Origin: Oikopleura dioica
Lineage: Eukaryota; Animalia; Chordata
Reading direction: 5' to 3'
DNA: 64,000 bases
NCBI GenBank assembly: GCA_907165135.1
Contig: OU015567.1
Span: forward strand, 8,494,001 to 8,558,000
Made by a program: the position numbers and the translations under genes. Below are positions 57,401-64,000 of the stretch, piece by piece. The notes below the pieces were generated by a model. That model was not told the DNA's origin, did no database searches, and saw only the letters and a program-made list of their open reading frames with translations. Position 1 is the stretch's first letter; each line of letters opens with the position of its first letter.

Positions 57401-60173
57401 TAACCTCAAAAATTTTCACTTTTTTTCGCAATTCTACAGAAATTTTAGACCCCTGGGTAAGGCCGACCCGAAAAAAAGGCTAGCCCCCTTTCTTGAATTC
57501 AGTACGGGGCCAAGCCAACTCGAAGGGGAGGCCAGCCGTATCTCTCGAATTCGGTGAAGTAAGGCGCGAAAACGACCCGAAGGCGAGGCAAGCCCCGTCT
57601 CTTGAATTCAGTCAGGTAAGGGACCAACCAGACCCGTACCTAACTGAATCCAACAAACGGGGCTGGCCTCCCTTTTGGGTCGGCTTGGCCCCGCACCTAA
57701 CTGAATCCAAGAAACGGTGGTCGCCTCCCCTCCGGGTCGGCTTTACCTAACTGAATCCAAGAAACGGGGCTCGCCTTCCTTCCGGGTCGGCTTGGCTCCT
57801 AACCTAACTGAATCCAAGAAACGAGGCTGGCCTCCCTTTCGGGTCGGCTTGGCCCCTTGCCTAACTGAATCCATGAAACGGGGCTCGCCTTCATGCTGGG
57901 TCGGCTTGGCCCCTTACCTGACTGAATTCAAGAGACGAGGCTGGCATCCCTTTTTGGTCGGCTTGGCCCCTTACTTAACTCCGCAACTGGAGATCGACAA
58001 TTTTTGTCGATAAGACCTTTTACTCCCCTGTAATTATCCACCAAGCAGACCCGTACCTAACTGAATCCAAGAAATGGGGCTGGCCTCCCTTTTGGGTCGG
58101 CTTGGCCCCGTACCTAACTGAATCCATGTAACGGGGATGGCCCCCCTTCCGGGTCGGCTTGGTCCCTTACCTAACATAGTCCAAGAGACGGGGCTCGCCT
58201 TCCCTTCGGGTTGGCTTGGCCCCTTACTTTTACCATCCTTGACTGGTGCACCCGCTCTTAAGGGGTTTACTATCTGCGCAACCCACTGTACCTGACTGAA
58301 TTTAAGAGACGGGCTTATTTGCCTCAAGTCCTCCAGTAGTTGATCTTTCACCCGGGGTTCTTCGGAAGGTTTATGGAAGATAGTGACCGAAAGTGGTCAA
58401 TTGTGGCAGTTTGTGCCCAAGCAAGGCTATTTATATATTTTTTCGAATATTGGTCTTCAAGCAGATGGTCTTCTAGTAAGGGGGTCCTCCGGGAGGTCCT
58501 CCGGCAGAAAGTGACCGAAGTTGGTCAAATGTGGCAGTATGTTGCCATCCAAAGCTATTTATTTTTTTTTCTATTATTGGTCCTCCAGCAGTTTGTCTTC
58601 CAGTAAGGGGTCCTCCGGAAGGTCCTCCGGCAAAAAGTGGCCAAACTTGACCGAAGTCGGCAATCACTTGCCAATCAAGGCTTGATAGTTGGCGTAGCCG
58701 AAAATTTGATATTTAGAAACGTCCAAGATTCACGTTTTTAGTGACAAAAATCGCGATTTTCAAAAAATTCTAAAAAAATTTCCCCAACTCGCACAGACAA
58801 ATGGTTTTTACCATTCGAACCGTCTCGTTCTGCTCTTTCTAACGAGGTATAATTCGTAATTGAAACACGAGATCGATTTTTTTTTGGCCGACCCTATTGT
58901 AAGGTAAAGCTTATTTATTAAATATTTTGACAAAAATGATGTCACAAAGATGAAAAGCTACGTTGAACTTTATCTAAGAAAACCGTGAAAATTGTGTTCT
59001 GACCACTTTCCAACGCATTTATCATTTCATCTATTGATAGCAATCATTGTCCAACAACTCTTCATTTCTAGGAAATATACAGAGTTGGAAACAGCTTGCA
59101 ACATGAAGTGGAACTTTCACAACTCTCTCTTCTTCGCGGGCACTGTAGCCACCACTATTGGCTATGGAAAGCTGACTCCACAAACCGCTCTGGGCAGACT
59201 CTTCTGCATTGTATATTTATCTGTGGGGATACCTTATTTCGCGTTTCTGACCTCTACCTTGTCCGATAGCCTCAACGCCCAACTTGGAAGGAAAATTGGT
59301 CTCAAATTGATAACCTCGCAATTTAAAGAATTGATAGACCTTCTCTCAGGCTCGATATGAAGTTTCAGAAGTCAAAAGACAAAGAACGACACTTTCGTAT
59401 ATCTCCTTTTAAATTTCTTTACTTCGCGGGTGGCATTATTTTGATTCTAGCTGTCCCTTCTGCCGTCTTTACGATCTTAGAAGGCTGGTCAAAGGTATTC
59501 AATATGTCGATTTTAACTGTTCAAGCATCTTTTCTAGTTGGAATCGTTTTATTTTTCAATTATTTCCTTGTCAACAATCGGATTCGGCGACTACATCCCT
59601 CGCAATACTCCTCCTAACTCTATGGGTAACACTAGAATCTATCAAAATGAAGACGACCTACTTCAGCTACGCATGTCAAAAACAACATTGAGTGTTTGAA
59701 CGAGCTAGCGAACCCGATCCCGCCGAATCGCGAGGGTCAGATCTCAGCCTGCGTACCGGTAAAACTCGATAAAAAAGGCTGAAGCTAACCATTGTAAGAC
59801 AAAATACCCAGCAAAGGCAGAAGCGCTTTTCGAAATTTACAGAATTGGTTGTTTCTTGTGGCTCTCCTTTGGCTTACAGTGGCTAGGCGGGCTCATCTCT
59901 CAAATATGGTGAGTTCAAAGTTAGGTTCAAATAGAGACGCTACACTACATGTATACAACAACATCGTCAAATGAATAATTCAGCAATTCGCTGCGCAGCA
60001 CCAAGAAGAAATTATCAAAGCCGATATTTCGCTGCAGATATCTGGCCCGATTTCAAGCATTTCTCGCTCATCGCCACTCCTCGGTAATTGAATCATTACA
60101 GCAACCTGCATTAAGAAATACTTCTTCAGGGAGATGCTCTGTATTTAAACGACCTATAACAGTTATAGTATAA
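54465..60173 (+). CDS. Two-pore-domain (K2P/KCNK) potassium channel, copy A, interrupted by a 3.6-kb intronic element
   Basis: TM1 (YLIIGALIFIVIESPNE), P1 WNFHNSLFFAGTVATTIGYG, P2 SFYFSIISLSTIGFGDY; near-identical to copy B. Confidence 0.85.
56030..56710. repeat. 142-bp AT-rich tandem repeat, ~5 copies
   Basis: (T/C)ATCAGA(A/T)GTCCT recurs at 56094, 56236, 56378, 56520 and 56662. Confidence 0.85.
56716..58320. repeat. 57-bp GC-rich tandem repeat arrays in both orientations
   Basis: GCCAAGCCGACCC at 57-bp spacing from 56736 to 56964; further degenerate forward copies 57455-57640; reverse-complement copies ~57640-57980 and ~58050-58310. Confidence 0.9.
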
Positions 60174-60802
60174 CTTATAGGCTATAAGATAAGGACGAAG
60201 CTTGGAAATAAAGTTATTCGCAGATTCACTTTATTTGAATTCGTTTTCAACATTTCTTGTTCATTTATTTTCAATAAGTTGTTTTTCTGGCAACATGTTA
60301 TGTACAAAAATGGCACACTGTTAGTATAAATAATTGAAGATGCTTGCTTGTAGGTTAGAATTGTTGGAAACTTTATTTGATGATAGTTAAAAGGGCTTTA
60401 TGAAACAGAATCTACATGAAATATTATTGATGGACGGAAGTTAGCGACGATATTGGAATTGAAGTGTGAATGGAATATTTTGGAAAGTGCAACTTTTCTC
60501 TGTATATCGGCAACTAACTCCACGGGTCATGCTCGTTGAGTCTTCTGAAAGAGTGAAAATGGCTGCAGCTGTTTTCTCCAAGAGCCAGTGAAGAGTTGAA
60601 GAAATTCGGGTTTAAGTTGAATAAACGCTCGCAAACTTGGAAGACAGAAACGAGCTCTCTATATCGCTCAAGTTTGATGCTTTTACTGAGACACGCCATC
60701 AATTCTAAGCGAGTATTGACAATAGCACTCATTTTGAGAGACTCCATCCTTCGTTTTTCCTTTTTTCTCATTCTTATCCGATGTGTTAGACTGCTCTAGC
60801 AG

Positions 60803-62826
60803 ATGAGCAAAGAGACGGGCCCAGAAAGAAATAAAATCAAGCCTTCTACTAACGAACTTCATAAAAGAAAAATTTCAAGCAATTAAAAATTCATCTTCTG
60901 GATCCCAATTTTCAAGCTTTTGGTACTTTCTTGGCTTCGTTGCTTACCTTATTATTGGCGCCCTGATTTTCATTGTTATTGAAAGTCCAAATGAAGTATG
61001 ATTTTTTCTTCTTAGAAATTTTTCTTAACTTTCCAAGCTGAAAAAATGCGCGGAAAAACGAGCACAATGGAAAGAAGAGCAAGAGACATTTGGAGACATG
61101 TACTTTTATACATTTGGCCTGAATGGGAAATTCTGCTCGGGAGTCAGGAGATACAAAGAGGTAATCAAAGGATTCGAATCGACCACCGAGTCGTTATTTC
61201 CATTGCATGAATAGACATGTCGTTGATGAAATGACGAGCTATTTTCAGACAAGTATGGGCCGGTTCGACAAAACTGTTGAGGACATGTTCTTTGAGTGGA
61301 TGTCTCACGATTGTGACAGCCAGAGCAATATTGCCCTTCAAGTAAAACGGAGCTATCAAAAATCATTTTTCAAATAATATTTCTTACACAGCAAAAGTAT
61401 GATGAACTCTCGCAATCGTTAAAGTTTGAGTATGGCAATTTCTTCACGTTTGCACAGAACATTTCCGACCAGAAGAAGAACTTTGACGAGGAGACGATTG
61501 TTTTGAAAGGCGATGTACTAAGAAGCATAATGCAGAAATCGACGATGATGGTTGTGAGGTAAAGCTTATTTATTAAATATTTTGACAAAAATGATGTCAC
61601 AACGATGAAAAGCTACGTTTAACTTTATCTAAGAAAACCGTGAAAATTGTGCTCTGGCCACTTTCCAACGCATTTATCATTTCATCTATTGATAGCAATC
61701 GTTGTCCAACAACTCTACATTTCTAGGAAATATACGGAGCTGGAAACAGCTTGCAACATGAAGTGGAACTTTCATAACTCTCTCTTCTTCGCGGGCACTG
61801 TAGCCACCACTATTGGATATGGAAAACTGACTCCACAAACCGCGCTCGGCAGACTTTTTTGCATTGTTTATTTATCTGTGGGGATCCCTTATTTCGCGTT
61901 TCTGACGTCTACCTTGTCCGATAGCCTCAACGCCCAACTTGGAAGGAAAATTGGTCTCAAATTAATAACTTCACAATTTAAAGAATTGATGGACCTTCTC
62001 TCAGGCTCGATATGAAGTTTCAGAAGTCAAAAGACAAAGAACGACACTTTCGCATATCTCCTTTTAAATTTCTTTACTTCGCGGGTGGCATTATTTTGAT
62101 TCTAGCTGTCCCTTCTGCCGTCTTTACGATCTTAGAAGGCTGGTCAAAGGTATTCAATATATCGATATCAGCTGTTCAAGCATCTTTTCTAGTTGGAATC
62201 GTTTTATTTTTCAATTATTTCCTTGTCAACAATCGGATTCGGCGACTACATCCCTCGCAATACTCCTCCTAACTCTATGGGTAACACTAGAATCTATCAA
62301 AATGAAGACGACCTACTTCAGCTACGCATGTCAAAAACAACATTGAGTGCTTGAACGAGCTAGCGAACCCGATCCCGCCGAATCGCGAGGGTCAGATCTC
62401 AGCCTGCGTACCGGTAAAACTCGATAAAAAAAGGCTGAAGCTAACCATTGTAAGACAAAATACCCAGCAAAGGCAGAAGCGCTTTTCGAAATTTACAGAA
62501 TTGGTTGTTTCTTGTGGCTCTCCTTTGGCTTACAGTGGCTTGGTGGGCTCATCTCTCAAATATGGTGAGTTCAAAGTTAGGTTCAAATAGAGACGCAACA
62601 CTACATATATACAATAGCATCGTCAAATGAATAATTAAGCAATTCGCTGCGCAGCACCAAGAAGAAATTATCAAAGCCGATATTTCGCTGCAGATATCTG
62701 GCCCGATTTCAAGCATTTCTCGCTCATCGCCACTCCTCGGTAATCGAATCATTACGGCAACCTGCATTAAGAAATACTTCTTCAGGGAGATGCTCTGTAT
62801 TTAAACGACCTATAACTTATAGGTAG
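60803..62826 (+). CDS. K2P potassium channel, copy B (tandem duplicate; may be frameshifted near 61160-61220)
   Basis: Same TM and pore motifs as copy A (TIGYG, TIGFG). It has a shorter segment than copy A before DEMTSYF. Its stop codon (62824-62826) lies in the TIR of the foldback element. Confidence 0.75.
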
Positions 62827-63770
62827 GTAAACTTGATGAAAAATGAGCTCTTTTTAGAGCTTATAAATCAGGGAATATAATACAGTTTTAGATTCCTCAG
62901 AAGCTGGGGATCATTTTGACTATTCATACTTGGGGGTTTTGCTCATGCCCTGAGGGGTTTTAGGCCTTCCAAAGTCCCGAAATTTGGCCAATCTAGGTTA
63001 GGGGCTCATAACTTTTCTTCTCCCCACTTCTGGAGAAAGCCCACTATATGAGCTTGTAGAGGAGGCTCTAACGGTTCAGAATATGTATAGAAAACCACCG
63101 GACACCCCCAATTCTAGAGCCTCTAGAAGGCCCGGAAGTTGAGGAAGTCACCGAAAAATCAGTACTTTTTTCCGAAAATAGAGTAAAAGTGCAATATTTT
63201 CATCGGAAATCGTTAGAAAAACGTTTTTAATGACATTCTGACGCACAAAATTTACTCTTGGGTCATTTGAGGTCACGTGGGGTCATATTGTGAGAAAAAA
63301 TTGAATTTCGTAAGAACTCACCCCGGGAGGACCCCAGACTAAATTTTGTACGTAAGAAAGTCATTTGAATGTTTTTCCAACGATTTCCGATGAAAATATT
63401 GCACTTTTACTCCATTTTCGTAAAAAAGTACTGATTTTTCGGTGACTTCCTCAACTTCCGGGCCTTATAGAGGCTCTAGAATGGGGGGTGTCCGGTGGTT
63501 TTCTATACATATTCTGAATCGTTAGAGCCTCCTCTACAAGCTCATATAGTGGGCTTTCTCCAGAAGTGGGGAGAAGAAAAGTTATGAGCCCCTAACTCAG
63601 ATTGGCCAAATTTCGGGACTTTGGAAGGCCCAAAACCCCTCAGGGCATGAGCAAAACCCCCAAGTATGAATAGTCAAAATGATCCCCAGCTTCTGAGGAA
63701 TCTAAAACTGTATTATATTCCCTGATTTATAAGCTCTAAAAAGAGCTCATTTTTCATCGAGTTTACCTAC
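62823..63770. mobile_element. Foldback/large-TIR non-autonomous element (948 bp; ~410-bp inverted arms, ~125-bp spacer)
   Basis: Arms 62823-~63234 and ~63360-63770 are near-perfect reverse complements starting GTAGGTAAAC; TTATAG is duplicated at 62817-62822 and 63771-63776; the element is absent at the paralogous site near 60175. Confidence 0.9.
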
Positions 63771-63776
63771 TTATAG

Positions 63777-64000
63777 GCTATAAGATAAGGACGAAGATTG
63801 GAAATAAAGTTATTCGCAGATTCACTTTATTTGAATTCGTTTTCAAGATTTCTTGTTCATTTATTTTCAATAAGTTGTTTTTCTGGCAACATGTTATGTA
63901 CAAAAATGGCACACTGTTAGTATAAATAATTGAAGATGCTTGCTTGTAGGTTAGAATTGTTGGAAACTTTATTTGATGATAGTTAAAAGGGCTTTATGAA
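63777..64000. repeat. Second copy of the intergenic segment starting at ~60181, suggesting the K2P tandem unit continues beyond the window
   Basis: GCTATAAGATAAGGACGAAG...GGGCTTTATGAA matches 60181-60405 nearly base for base. Confidence 0.85.

Larger units (their letters stand above)
55329..58896. mobile_element. Non-autonomous hAT-like element (3568 bp) filled with tandem repeats
   Basis: TIRs TAGGGTCGGCCAAAAAAA; perfect 8-bp TSD TTGTAAGG (55321-55328, 58897-58904); copy B shows the empty site (TTGTGAGG); no transposase ORF. Confidence 0.92.

Noticed and set aside
56787-58351. ORFs with TESKKRGWPP repeats; possible hammerhead ribozyme in the 57-bp unit (CTGA...GAAAC)
   Set aside because: The ORFs are translations of the tandem repeat. 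The CUGANGA core and stem II of a hammerhead are absent.

Overview
Compact, intron-rich animal genomic DNA. Most introns are 40-60 nt and several have GA/GC/GG donors. Together with an env-bearing Ty3/gypsy element and an Ig-containing fibronectin, this points to the appendicularian tunicate Oikopleura dioica or a close relative (inference). Host genes, left to right: glutamate-cysteine ligase catalytic subunit (5' end outside the window, with an opposite-strand gene nested in a 2.4-kb intron), Six3/6, a secreted heme peroxidase, a ~9-kb fibronectin, an SLC25 carrier, a divergent homeobox gene, SLC35E3, an uncharacterised low-complexity protein, a DH-PH RhoGEF, a claudin-like protein, a divergent nuclear receptor, a thioredoxin-SHP-UBX fusion, a secreted Thr-rich/Cys-rich protein and two tandem K2P channel copies. 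Mobile DNA includes one intact, recent 9.5-kb LTR element (identical 215-bp LTRs, gag, pol, env) and several non-autonomous TIR elements. The most unusual signals are: (i) the region between env and the 3' LTR, which has a box-hairpin-U-tract repeat array followed by two overlapping, out-of-register ~200-codon ORFs on opposite strands; (ii) several introns that consist almost entirely of TIR elements, with splice sites in or next to the TIRs (introner-like); (iii) the Trx-SHP-UBX fusion, a non-standard nuclear-receptor P-box and a homeodomain lacking Asn51. All exon boundaries were read by eye and none is transcript-verified.
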